Below are positions 18,474 to 27,437 of a DNA stretch of 37,818 nucleotides, in pieces; positions within the stretch are counted from its first letter, which is position 1, and each line of letters opens with the position of its first letter. A model generated the notes under the pieces. The model ran no database searches and had not been told where the DNA came from. It was given only the letters and a program-made list of their open reading frames with translations. The DNA is taken from contig JBDRLL010000037.1 in the NCBI GenBank assembly GCA_043813075.1, positions 1 through 37,818 of the forward strand, written 5' to 3'. Position numbers and translations under genes: made by a program. The DNA is from Candidatus Altiarchaeota archaeon. GTDB lineage: Archaea; Altiarchaeota; Altiarchaeia; IMC4; SCGC-AAA252-I15.

Positions 18474-19057
18474 CTTCTCGCCCCTCTCATCTTTTCAATC
18501 AACTCATCGCCGAGTATCTCCCTCACCCTCGTTTTGTCGAGGCTGAGGCGCCAGTCTTTCCCGAAGAAACGGTCCCGTATAGGATTGTATGTCCTGTTGG
18601 TCAGGCTATCGTCGTTCATGCTCCTCTCGCCAGCGAGAGTCACCTCAGTCTCAGGCCTCAGCTCGAGTATGGGTTTTATCCTCTCCAGGAATTTAGCCAC
18701 AAGGAATTCATAGGGGTGTGTGCCTGGCATAGCCCTCTTCGCTTCCGTCATGCTCGCCCTCCTCGCCTTCTGAACGAAGTTTACCACTATACGGGGCTCC
18801 TCCCCGGTCGCGCTAATACTATAGCCGAGGACGACCGCCTTGTTATCCCTTGGGGCGTGCAGCACCAGGTGGTCCTGCTCTGACTGCTGCGGGTAGAATT
18901 CGCCGAGCGTCTCCTCCCGAGAGTACCCTATCCTGTAATTGGCTCCGTCCTCGTTCCTGCCGACAGTGCCAACGAGCAACTCTACGGCTTCCGCGGAAAA
19001 CTTGGGTTGAATCCCCTCAACCTCCGGCTGACCACTAAAACGCGCCTCAATGTTCAT
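18470..19057 (-). CDS. Hypothetical protein
   Basis: 195-aa ORF coupled to both neighbours (TAGATG upstream, ATGA overlap with mtnA). Confidence 0.7.
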   Translation of the reverse strand: MNIEARFSGQPEVEGIQPKFSAEAVELLVGTVGRNEDGANYRIGYSREETLGEFYPQQSEQDHLVLHAPRDNKAVVLGYSISATGEEPRIVVNFVQKARRASMTEAKRAMPGTHPYEFLVAKFLERIKPILELRPETEVTLAGERSMNDDSLTNRTYNPIRDRFFGKDWRLSLDKTRVREILGDELIEKMRGARR

Positions 19058-19549
19058 CTACATCAGCCTCGCCATAACTATCATATTATGGTATCTCCCC
19101 TTTATCATGAAGGCCTTGCGCTTCAAGCCCTCCTTCACGAAGCCGTGCTTCATGTAAAGGCTTCTAGCACGCCTGTTACCCTCCACCACACCCAGCTCAA
19201 TCCTCTTCAAGCCAAGTTCACGCGCCTTCCTTATCATGAACATGATTGCCTTATCGCCGACACCCCTCCCCCAATATTCTCTCGCAATGCTTATCCCGAA
19301 CTCCGCTGAGTGAGATATCTTGGACCTCTCCGGTCCAGGCCCCAGGAAAACAGAGCCGGCTATAGAGCCATCAACGATGATGCCGTACCATAAGTGCTTC
19401 TTGCTCATGCACTGCGTGTAGAATTCCCTCGTGGACTTCATTGTGACCGGCGGAAGCAGCCCAAGGTAATGCGACACCTCCATATCGTTGACTATCTCGT
19501 TCAAACGCCGCAGGTCAGACTCACGAACTCTCCTGAACCGGATATTCAT
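19058..19549 (-). CDS. GNAT N-acetyltransferase (RimJ/RimL/YhhY-like)
   Basis: HSAEFGISIAREYWGRGVG acetyl-CoA motif; N..A..LY.KHGF..EG. Confidence 0.92.
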   Translation of the reverse strand: MNIRFRRVRESDLRRLNEIVNDMEVSHYLGLLPPVTMKSTREFYTQCMSKKHLWYGIIVDGSIAGSVFLGPGPERSKISHSAEFGISIAREYWGRGVGDKAIMFMIRKARELGLKRIELGVVEGNRRARSLYMKHGFVKEGLKRKAFMIKGRYHNMIVMARLM

Positions 19550-19656
19550 AGTATATTATTGTATTCTTTCATGAAAAAATTGTACAATAGTCCGAATGAT
19601 TTTTATACTCCACCTACAAATATGTTGTCCACGATTTTTTTTTGTGGGTAACTAAA

Positions 19657-19992
19657 ATGGTTGAAGTGCGGGTAAACAAGCTGGTTTACATAAAGGACAT
19701 ACCCCTTGAACTGCTCAAGGAGGCGATAAAAGCCGGGCAGCTATCCAAGGGCAAGTACGTTGGGCTTCTCGTCAAGCCGGATGAGGCTGACGAAGCGTTA
19801 ATAGAGTTGAAGATCATGGAAGACGGCCAGGAAGAATTGATTCGCGAGGGGCAGGTCATACCCATCGACCAGGTTGGGGAGGTATTCGTATTGGACTCCA
19901 GCTGGCGGGTGTACTTAGAGCGTGAGAGGGAGGAGTCAGACGTGCGCCGCAAGAACGATACTATAAGCCCCACACCCTCCCGTTCACCCTGA
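19657..19992 (+). CDS. Hypothetical protein
   Basis: 111 aa from ATG 19657, protein-like composition, fills the gap after an AT-rich divergent promoter region. Confidence 0.55.
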   Translation: MVEVRVNKLVYIKDIPLELLKEAIKAGQLSKGKYVGLLVKPDEADEALIELKIMEDGQEELIREGQVIPIDQVGEVFVLDSSWRVYLEREREESDVRRKNDTISPTPSRSP

Positions 19993-20539
19993 CGACCCTG
20001 TCTAAAGCCTCTTCAAGGCTGTCGCCAGCGCATACAACACCATGTCCCCTGATTATCGCGTATCGTGACTCCCTGAGGGCTTCGACAACCTCCATCGCCT
20101 GCTGTCTTGTGCCATAGGCCTCCCTGCTCGTGGTTGTCTTGAAACCGAACTCTCTCTCAAGCATCACCGCATTTTCCACAGCCTTCATGTCGTGGGCGTG
20201 CACCACAGCGTTAACTTCCGGGAACTCCTCATATATGCTCCAGTGCATTGGCACCTCCGATGAAGGCTCCTTCAATCCCACCACTCTCGCAGTATGGAAG
20301 TCAAACCCAACCACTAGCACAACATCATCCCCTGTTAACTCCCCCTTGTTGACCCCCCCAACAGTGATCAGTATGCCCTTCCCTACCCTAACGCTGATAT
20401 TCCCCGCGTTTTCCGGGGTAAGGCCAAGCTCGTTAAGCCTCTTGCCGACGCCGATAATCTCCCCTGCAAGAGAGGGATCAGGGCCATCCCCCTGCACGAA
20501 TTCTGTCTTGAACTTCCTGCCGACATACTCCTCCCCCAT
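19961..20539 (-). CDS. Class II aldolase/adducin family protein
   Basis: GNISVR, PSSEVPMH, VVHAH, GHGVV: catalytic Glu and three Zn-binding His present. Confidence 0.9.
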   Translation of the reverse strand: MGEEYVGRKFKTEFVQGDGPDPSLAGEIIGVGKRLNELGLTPENAGNISVRVGKGILITVGGVNKGELTGDDVVLVVGFDFHTARVVGLKEPSSEVPMHWSIYEEFPEVNAVVHAHDMKAVENAVMLEREFGFKTTTSREAYGTRQQAMEVVEALRESRYAIIRGHGVVCAGDSLEEALDRVVRVNGRVWGL

Positions 20540-20583
20540 AAGACCCTTATTAAGTTTTTATTGTTATTATTCCCTACTCTTAC

Positions 20584-22542
20584 ATGGCCTATCGAAGGAG
20601 CAGTCTTCCTGACGTTGATAGGAGAGAATTCCTTAAAAAAATCGCTCTAAGCGGCGCTGCCGCTGCTCTCGCTGGTGTCGCAGGCCACCAGGCCCTCAAG
20701 CACCTGGGTGAATCTCCTGAAGAATCCAAGACTCCTGAAAAGGACCTCATGGAAGTCCGCCTCCAGCCGCCAGTAAGCTATGAAGAGGCGTTGGGGGGAG
20801 TAAGGGGCGACTTATCCAGCGTAATGTCCCTTGAAGACACGGTTACTGCAGTCAGGGGTGGCGGTCTCGAGCAGGGAAGGTTCACGCGCGTCGACGTCCT
20901 ACTGAGGATTGCTCAGGACGCCCACGGCCACGGGCTTACAGACGAGTTCACGCCCGAAGTCGCGGCCAGGGTGAAGGGCAGGAGCTGGGGCATCGCCAAG
21001 AAGATTCTTACCAGACTCCAAAGCATGGAGATGCAGAGGAGGCGTGCGGGAGGCCATCTCTCTCTTGACGACAAGGTCGACGTCATAAACGACGTTATGT
21101 TCCGGGAGGAAGGCTTCGCAACACCAGACCCCCTAGCCTTCTATGATCAGCGTAAGAAGAATGACGCCACCACATTCGACGAGGTGATGACTACCAGTCG
21201 AGGGGTTTGCGAGGACTTGACGGGCGTGCTCGATGGTGCACTTGATTTCCTACGCCAGGCGGGCTTGAAGATTGACGCTCAACCGATATTCACTCCAGGA
21301 CACATATTCCTCCGCTACAAGGAGGGTGGCCGGGAGATCTACGCTGAGATGACTAAGAGCGGGGAGAAGAGGACTAGGGAAGACTACATACGCGACTTTG
21401 ACGTGCAACCGCACCTCACGGCAGGATATATGACGCCCCAAAGATGGGGCAGCATATCATCAGAACTCAACAACTGCGGGCTTTCTCTCGCCTCATCCGG
21501 AGAGCGGGATAAAATAGAGCGCGCCCTACAGTACCTTCAGATGTCTGTCGACCTGAGCCCTGAAGTCCCGTTGAAGTACATTAATCTCGCCGGGATATAC
21601 GCTAGTAGGGGTGCTTTAAAGGGTTATGCGGACGGTCAGGGGGACTTCAAAAAGGCGTTGGAGGTGTATGACCGGGGGCTGGAGCTCGACCCTGAGGCAA
21701 GGGCGTTCCGCGTGGGTAAGGCGGGAATACATGAAGCGCTTGCATTACTGGCTCCCACCACAGAAGCAAAGTTGGGGCACTTGTCTGAAGCCCGCACAGA
21801 ATACCGGAAAGCCATGGCTATCCGGGAGAGAAAGACCGGTTTCTTCGAGTCAATGTTCGTGGCAGACACGGCATTAAGGATGAGTATCGCCGAGACCCAT
21901 GAGTCAGGATTCCTACTGCATGCTGACGCAGGCAATGATGATGAAGCCAGGCAGGAACTCCAGAATGCCATACGCATTTACGACGATCATCAGGCCTCGT
22001 CAGGAGATAAGATAAACATGCCTAACCGCAGGGCAAGCCTATACATCAAGGCATTCAAGTACCTGGGAGGCAGTGAGTTCATAGAGAAGGCGATTGCAGA
22101 GCAGACCACGGTGATAGACAATACGATAGCTGATAGCGGGGCGGACTCTTATTCCCTCCCACTGTGCTACTCCACAAGGGGTTACGCCCACCGTCTTGCG
22201 GGCAACTATGACGAGGCCATCGCAGACTATGACATGGCTTTCACAAATGAGAAGAAGCAGCGGCACTCAAGCGACGATGCCCTAGGCTTCTACAGGCTCT
22301 CCCGATCAGTCGCCCAGCACTTGAAGGGTGATGATGCGGGGAGGGATGCTTCCTATGCTGAGGCGATAAGATTGTTCGGCTGGTCTGGCATTGATTCTAT
22401 GGATAAGATATTCGAGCGGGAGGACCAGAGGCTTAGGGACGACGAGCACACCATGTGGAAGTACCGGCGCCACATACTGGAGGATATACGCGACGACAGG
22501 GCGCTAAGCCACACATTCGAAACAGTTCTAAAGGCTTCATAA
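20584..22542 (+). CDS. Twin-arginine-signal transglutaminase-like (Transglut_core2/SirB1-type) + TPR protein, copy 1
   Basis: DRREFLK + hydrophobic stretch; FDEVMTTSRGVC(209)EDL, PGH(240)IFLRY, YAE(255)MT; TPRs such as YSTRGYAHRLAGNYDEAIADYDMA. Confidence 0.75.
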   Translation: MAYRRSSLPDVDRREFLKKIALSGAAAALAGVAGHQALKHLGESPEESKTPEKDLMEVRLQPPVSYEEALGGVRGDLSSVMSLEDTVTAVRGGGLEQGRFTRVDVLLRIAQDAHGHGLTDEFTPEVAARVKGRSWGIAKKILTRLQSMEMQRRRAGGHLSLDDKVDVINDVMFREEGFATPDPLAFYDQRKKNDATTFDEVMTTSRGVCEDLTGVLDGALDFLRQAGLKIDAQPIFTPGHIFLRYKEGGREIYAEMTKSGEKRTREDYIRDFDVQPHLTAGYMTPQRWGSISSELNNCGLSLASSGERDKIERALQYLQMSVDLSPEVPLKYINLAGIYASRGALKGYADGQGDFKKALEVYDRGLELDPEARAFRVGKAGIHEALALLAPTTEAKLGHLSEARTEYRKAMAIRERKTGFFESMFVADTALRMSIAETHESGFLLHADAGNDDEARQELQNAIRIYDDHQASSGDKINMPNRRASLYIKAFKYLGGSEFIEKAIAEQTTVIDNTIADSGADSYSLPLCYSTRGYAHRLAGNYDEAIADYDMAFTNEKKQRHSSDDALGFYRLSRSVAQHLKGDDAGRDASYAEAIRLFGWSGIDSMDKIFEREDQRLRDDEHTMWKYRRHILEDIRDDRALSHTFETVLKAS

Positions 22543-22578
22543 ACACAACTTATAAGCCTGTTATTCCCTTGATTTAAC

Positions 22579-24462
22579 ATGACCTACCGTAGGAGCCATA
22601 TGCCTGAACCAGACCGGAGGGAAGCCCTCAAATGGATGCTGGTTGGGGGTGCTGCCGCTGCCGCGGCAACTCTGGGGGGTCTAGTCGGACTCAAACACCT
22701 TGGTGAAACCGAGGACTCAGGTTCAGTGAAGGACTTCAGGATGCCTGAAGAAAAAGACTACAGGGTGTTCGCTGAAAGGCCGTTGAGCCTTGCTTTAATG
22801 GCATTCCAGTCCAATCAGGCGTCGCTCGCTGACGTTATCCTCCGTTCAGACCAGGAGTTCCGCCTGCACACGCTGCCGGGCGGGATGGATGTGGACAAGG
22901 CGAATGGCGTGAAAATGTTCATAAACGGTCTGGCAGAGAAGTCTGTCGGCAAGATGATTGAGATGGAGAAGTCCACTGGACATCCGGTATCGAGGTCCGA
23001 CAAGGCCAGGATAATAACAGAGGTTGTTAACGAGCAGTTCGGACGCCCTGACCCGGCAGCCGAAGAACAGTCCCGTCCCCTGTATACCGCATGGCCGTCG
23101 ATGAGCTTGGACCCCTCGGAGAGGACTCTATGGCCTAAGGAAAGACTCATCGCCACCCAGGCGGTGGTGGATGTATTACGTCGTGGTGGAGTCACAGACC
23201 TGCCTTATGCGGTGCCTATACCCGGTCATGAGGCTGTCGGTTTCCAGGGAGGGGCAGGTCCCATGGTGTTGGGTTACGGTGATCCAGGGACTTCAGAGAA
23301 GCTTGACGACTATGTTTCTCGGGTAGGCACGACCCCCGAGCTAGTCAAATCATTCAACGACCCGATGGCTCCCGGAGCCATATCAGCCGAACTGCTTAAC
23401 TGCGCCAACGACCTCGCGGGCATATACGATTATTGGAAGGCGATAGACGTCTTGGAACTCGCGTCTAAGGTGGGTTCAGACCTCCCAGTAGCCCACAGGG
23501 CGAGGGCATACATATACATGGTTTCTCCCGTCAGGCCTGGAGAGGATGAGAAGACAAAGCTGTTGAGCGCCCACGAGGCCATCAGTAAGGCGAAGGATAT
23601 GGGCGATTCCGGGAAGGAATTCCACCTGCTAAGGGGTATGATAGCGTATCGTCTGGCGAAGCTGTCTGGCGATGATGCTGAACGCGACGCATACCGTCTG
23701 GAGTCGGCTGAGTCACTTAAGGCAGGCCTCGACTTCGTGGGGTCAGGCAGCGCGAACTGGGGCAGTCTCGGTTTGAAGTGGGATCCCAAGCTTGCGGGCG
23801 TCGTCTCCGCGGCTTCCTACGCCATGCTTTACGCGTCGTCAAATAACGTCTCCCATTTGAACAATTCAGTTGCAGTGCTCGACAAGTCTATTATAGAGTC
23901 CACTGCGGCGGGATTAGATACGACCGAAGTGATGGTGATGCGCGGTGACATGTACTCTCTGCTGGGTGGCGTCACAGACCCTGCGGCGACAGTGCGTGGG
24001 GCTGCGGCAAGGACGAAGGCGGTGGAGGATTACACCAAGCTGATCGACTCGACCGACCCTGGGGATGAGATACTTGCGAGCAGGCTTCTCAGGAGGGCGC
24101 GCGTTCACAGGAAAGGATTCGACATACCGCAGGCGACTGCGGACTGCGATAGGGCGCTCGCAATAGCTGAGGCAAAGCATGATGTTGATGCTATCGGCAC
24201 AGCCCGCATGGAAAAGGCGCTGATACACTACGCCAACGGCAATCCAGTGGAAGCGAAGAACGAGCTGGAGGCGGGCATAAGATACATGGGCTTCGACAGG
24301 GGCAAGGCTTTCGAAGAGATTGTTGCGGAAGCATGGGCTGGTGCTGAGGCAAGCGAGAGAATCAGCGGCAGACTACTACTCTACCTGGACATAGGCGCCG
24401 ATCCTGTGAAGAAGGACGCATTCCAGGAGATACTGGACAAGCCAATCGTGCCCCGGATATAG
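22579..24462 (+). CDS. Twin-arginine-signal degenerate transglutaminase-like + TPR protein, copy 2
   Basis: DRREALK; N-terminus parallels copy 1 (M.YRRS..P..DRRE.LK...LKHLGE); IPGH retained; ISAELLNCA matches ISSELNNCG; TPR-like helices. Confidence 0.7.
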   Translation: MTYRRSHMPEPDRREALKWMLVGGAAAAAATLGGLVGLKHLGETEDSGSVKDFRMPEEKDYRVFAERPLSLALMAFQSNQASLADVILRSDQEFRLHTLPGGMDVDKANGVKMFINGLAEKSVGKMIEMEKSTGHPVSRSDKARIITEVVNEQFGRPDPAAEEQSRPLYTAWPSMSLDPSERTLWPKERLIATQAVVDVLRRGGVTDLPYAVPIPGHEAVGFQGGAGPMVLGYGDPGTSEKLDDYVSRVGTTPELVKSFNDPMAPGAISAELLNCANDLAGIYDYWKAIDVLELASKVGSDLPVAHRARAYIYMVSPVRPGEDEKTKLLSAHEAISKAKDMGDSGKEFHLLRGMIAYRLAKLSGDDAERDAYRLESAESLKAGLDFVGSGSANWGSLGLKWDPKLAGVVSAASYAMLYASSNNVSHLNNSVAVLDKSIIESTAAGLDTTEVMVMRGDMYSLLGGVTDPAATVRGAAARTKAVEDYTKLIDSTDPGDEILASRLLRRARVHRKGFDIPQATADCDRALAIAEAKHDVDAIGTARMEKALIHYANGNPVEAKNELEAGIRYMGFDRGKAFEEIVAEAWAGAEASERISGRLLLYLDIGADPVKKDAFQEILDKPIVPRI

Positions 24463-24507
24463 TTCTTAAATACTATAACTGCGATTACTAATCCCTGAGG
24501 TGCTGAA

Positions 24508-24591
24508 GTGAGCGAAGTAAAAGACATTAAGCAACCTTTTTCTTTTTGTAAAAAGAAAAACGTTGACGAAAAAGAAAAACATACGGGTTGA
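24508..24591 (+). other. 27-codon leader ORF beginning with a duplicate of the ahcY N-terminus
   Basis: GAGGTG SD at 24497-24502, then GTG-SEVKDIKQPFSFCKKKNVDEKEKHTG-TGA. The stop lies 4 nt before the ahcY ATG, in a different frame. Confidence 0.55.
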
Positions 24592-24619
24592 TAAGATGAG
24601 CGAAGTAAAAGACATGAAG
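24509..24619. repeat. 23-bp direct repeat (24509-24531 / 24597-24619) flanking a structured insert
   Basis: tgagcgaagtaaaagacat(t/g)aag, 22/23 identical, offset 88 bp. Confidence 0.92.
24532..24590. mobile_element. Small palindromic (REP/MITE-like) element with hairpin and triplex potential
   Basis: CAACC-TTTTTCTTTTT-GT-AAAAAGAAAAA-CGTTGACG-AAAAAGAAAAA-CATACG-GGTTG; the ends CAACC/GGTTG are inverted. Mobility is inferred, not shown. Confidence 0.5.
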
Positions 24620-25840
24620 ATGGCTGAATCAGGCCGTCTTAAGGTCGAGTGGGCTGAAGCCCACATGCCTGTTTTGATGAAGATTAGGGATGGCTTCGAG
24701 AGTGAGAAGCCTCTTGATGGTGTTAACGTTGGTTTTGCATTGCATGTGACCAAGGAGACTGCCGTGCTGGTCGAGACGCTTATCGCAGGTGGCGCGAATG
24801 TTGCAATAACCGGGTGCAATCCGTTGTCCACACAGGATGATGTTGCGGCAGCGCTCGCGAAGGCGGGGGTGGACGTGTACGCGTGGCGTGGCGAGACGAA
24901 CGACGAGTATTACGCCAACATAAACAAGGTCTTGGGCCATAAGCCGAACATAACCATAGACGACGGCGCGGACTTGATATTCACAATACACAAGGAGCGG
25001 GAAGACCTGTTGGATGGCATAAAAGGCGGTTGCGAGGAGACAACCACCGGGATAATCAGGCTTCGCGCCATGGAGAATGATGGCGTCCTAAAGTACCCTG
25101 TGATGGCCACAAACGACGCGGACACCAAGCACATGTTCGACAACCATTATGGGACCGGTCAGAGCACTATCGACGGCATACTCCGGGCCACGAGTGTACT
25201 ATTCGCAGGCAAGACTGTGGTGGTGGCAGGCTACGGTTGGTGTGGTCGCGGAGTCGCAGCCCGCGCGAAGGGCATGGGATCCAACGTGGTAGTCTGTGAG
25301 GTTGATCCGACGCTCGCATTGCGTGCGGCGATGGACGGCTACCGGGTCATGCGCATGGATGATGCTGCACCCGTCGGGGACATATTCGTGACGGTCACCG
25401 GCAACAGGGACATAATACTCGGCAGGCATTTCAAGAAGATGAAGTCAGGCGCAGTGGTCTGCAATTCCGGGCACTTCAACATCGAGGTGGACATACCTTC
25501 TCTCGAAGAGTTAAGCACAGGCAAGAAGACCATCCGGGATAATGTTGAGAAGTACGAGCTCAAGGATGGGAGACACTTGTACCTCCTGGCTGAAGGAAGG
25601 CTCGTCAACCTGGCTGCCGCTGAAGGCCATCCGTCTGAAGTAATGGACATGAGCTTCGCGAACCAGGCCATGGCGTGCAAGTACATAAACGAGCATGACC
25701 TGCCTCCTGGAGTGCATAAGATACCTAAGGCGATAGACGAGATGGTCGCGAGGATGAAGCTGGATACAATGGGATTGAGCATCGACAAGCTGACTCCCGC
25801 GCAGGAGAAATACCTGGGCAGTTGGGAAGAAGGCACTTGA
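24596..25840 (+). CDS. ahcY: Adenosylhomocysteinase
   Basis: HMPVL, GCNPLSTQDD, DDGADL, EETTTG, FDNHYGTGQS, GYGWCGRG, NSGHF, GRLVNLAAAEGHP. Confidence 0.97.
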   Translation: MSEVKDMKMAESGRLKVEWAEAHMPVLMKIRDGFESEKPLDGVNVGFALHVTKETAVLVETLIAGGANVAITGCNPLSTQDDVAAALAKAGVDVYAWRGETNDEYYANINKVLGHKPNITIDDGADLIFTIHKEREDLLDGIKGGCEETTTGIIRLRAMENDGVLKYPVMATNDADTKHMFDNHYGTGQSTIDGILRATSVLFAGKTVVVAGYGWCGRGVAARAKGMGSNVVVCEVDPTLALRAAMDGYRVMRMDDAAPVGDIFVTVTGNRDIILGRHFKKMKSGAVVCNSGHFNIEVDIPSLEELSTGKKTIRDNVEKYELKDGRHLYLLAEGRLVNLAAAEGHPSEVMDMSFANQAMACKYINEHDLPPGVHKIPKAIDEMVARMKLDTMGLSIDKLTPAQEKYLGSWEEGT

Positions 25841-25902
25841 TGGCCCGTGTGTTGCATAGGATGCGTGGTCTTACATCATGCATTTAAATGGTATCAGGGA
25901 TC

Positions 25903-27357
25903 ATGGATGTCCTACTTATAGATCCTAACGGCAGGGATTCGCTGGGTTTGATGAGCATCCAGGCTTTCCTAAAACAACATGGGTTTTCTAGTCGTATCCT
26001 CTATGCAGAACCAGAGGACGTCATACTTGGGATAATCGGGGTTGAGGCACCGCTTGTAATCGGATTCAACTGCCAGACCTCAATCTTCGTCAAGTGCGGG
26101 GAAATAGCCAAGGCGATAAAGATGGAATATGACGTTCCCATACTATTCGGAGGCATACACCCATCACTTAACCCCGATATAATAGGGAATGATTTTGTGG
26201 ATATACTCTGCCGGGGTGAAGGTGAGCAACCCCTGCTGGAACTAGTGAATGCGTTAAAGAATGGGAATCCGATACATGACATACCTAACCTATGGGTCAA
26301 AAAGGACGGGGTCGTTCATAAGAACCCCCCCAGGCCACTGCTGGAGAATCTCGACGAACTTCCATTCCCTGACAGGAGTGACTACTACCTGAAGTATCCC
26401 GCGAAGAAACATCAGTTCGTCAAGATATTCATGGCTGGCCGTGGGTGCCCATTCAACTGTTCATTCTGCTTTAATCATGTGTACCGGCGGGAATTCTGTC
26501 ACGGCCAGAAATACCGTAGATGGCATAGCGTCGACTACGTAATACGTGAGATAAAGAATGTGCGCGAGAAATACGGTCTGCACGCATGCTTCTTCAGGGA
26601 AGACTCCCTCCTCTACAGCAGGGAGTGGGTGATGGAGTTCTGCAGCAGGTACAAGGAGGAGATTGGCATGCCCTTCATCTGTTTTTCATCTGTAAAGGAG
26701 ATGGATGAGGAGTTGGTGGCCCGACTCAAGGATGCGGGACTAGTATTGGCTTTGATAGGATTCGAGACCTCCAACGAGGAACTGAGGGAGAAAGTATTGG
26801 ACAAGAAGTTCACGAACGAGGAGTTCATCGAGAAGATGGGTCTGCTTGGCAAGCACGGGATACGAGCTTGCCTGTATGTGCTCCACAATATACCCGGCCA
26901 GACGTTTGAAGATACCTTCTCAGACATGCTGTTCCTATCAAAGGTTAAGCCCTACCTGACCTTCATGGGCCCGCTACTATACTTCCCTGGGCTAAACATT
27001 ACAAAGTATGCTGAGGAAAGGAATCTTATCGTTGAGCTGCCTGCTTCAAAACGGTCTTTCCCCGGCGAGAAAGCCATTCCAATGGACTACAGGTCATATA
27101 ACGCCGCCTTAATGTTTCAGGTGGGCGTCAGATGGCCATTCCTCATTCCAATACTGCGTGCGTTATCACGGATACCCTTCAGCAGACTATCTAATAATCC
27201 CTCAACCCTTCTCTACAAAATCAACCGTTATGTGATCAACGACTATAAGATGTTGCTGCTCTACATCTCCCTGGACTGGAAGGGTTTCACGTCAAGCATA
27301 TGCTACTCTCTCAGATACTCTCTAACCGCTTGTTTTAAGGGTATATGGCGTTTATAA
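25903..27357 (+). CDS. Cobalamin-binding radical SAM protein
   Basis: GGIHPS, GEGE, LPFPDR, RGCPFNCSFC (CxxxCxxC), GFET. Start 25903 or 25888. Confidence 0.9.
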   Translation: MDVLLIDPNGRDSLGLMSIQAFLKQHGFSSRILYAEPEDVILGIIGVEAPLVIGFNCQTSIFVKCGEIAKAIKMEYDVPILFGGIHPSLNPDIIGNDFVDILCRGEGEQPLLELVNALKNGNPIHDIPNLWVKKDGVVHKNPPRPLLENLDELPFPDRSDYYLKYPAKKHQFVKIFMAGRGCPFNCSFCFNHVYRREFCHGQKYRRWHSVDYVIREIKNVREKYGLHACFFREDSLLYSREWVMEFCSRYKEEIGMPFICFSSVKEMDEELVARLKDAGLVLALIGFETSNEELREKVLDKKFTNEEFIEKMGLLGKHGIRACLYVLHNIPGQTFEDTFSDMLFLSKVKPYLTFMGPLLYFPGLNITKYAEERNLIVELPASKRSFPGEKAIPMDYRSYNAALMFQVGVRWPFLIPILRALSRIPFSRLSNNPSTLLYKINRYVINDYKMLLLYISLDWKGFTSSICYSLRYSLTACFKGIWRL

Positions 27358-27437
27358 GCCGTTCTTATTGTTTTTAAGTATATATTGTATATTATATTTT
27401 CCTAGCGAGAGAAAGAAAAACAAGGAGTTGATTTTTT

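Noticed and set aside
24497-24595. Known SAH or SAM riboswitch upstream of ahcY
   Set aside because: I could not recognise the consensus of either class in this AT-rich leader; a cmscan against Rfam would be decisive.
24563-24595. ORF-track TTG start extending AhcY by 11 residues
   Set aside because: It lies inside the inserted element; the duplicated start points to MSEVKD as the N-terminus.
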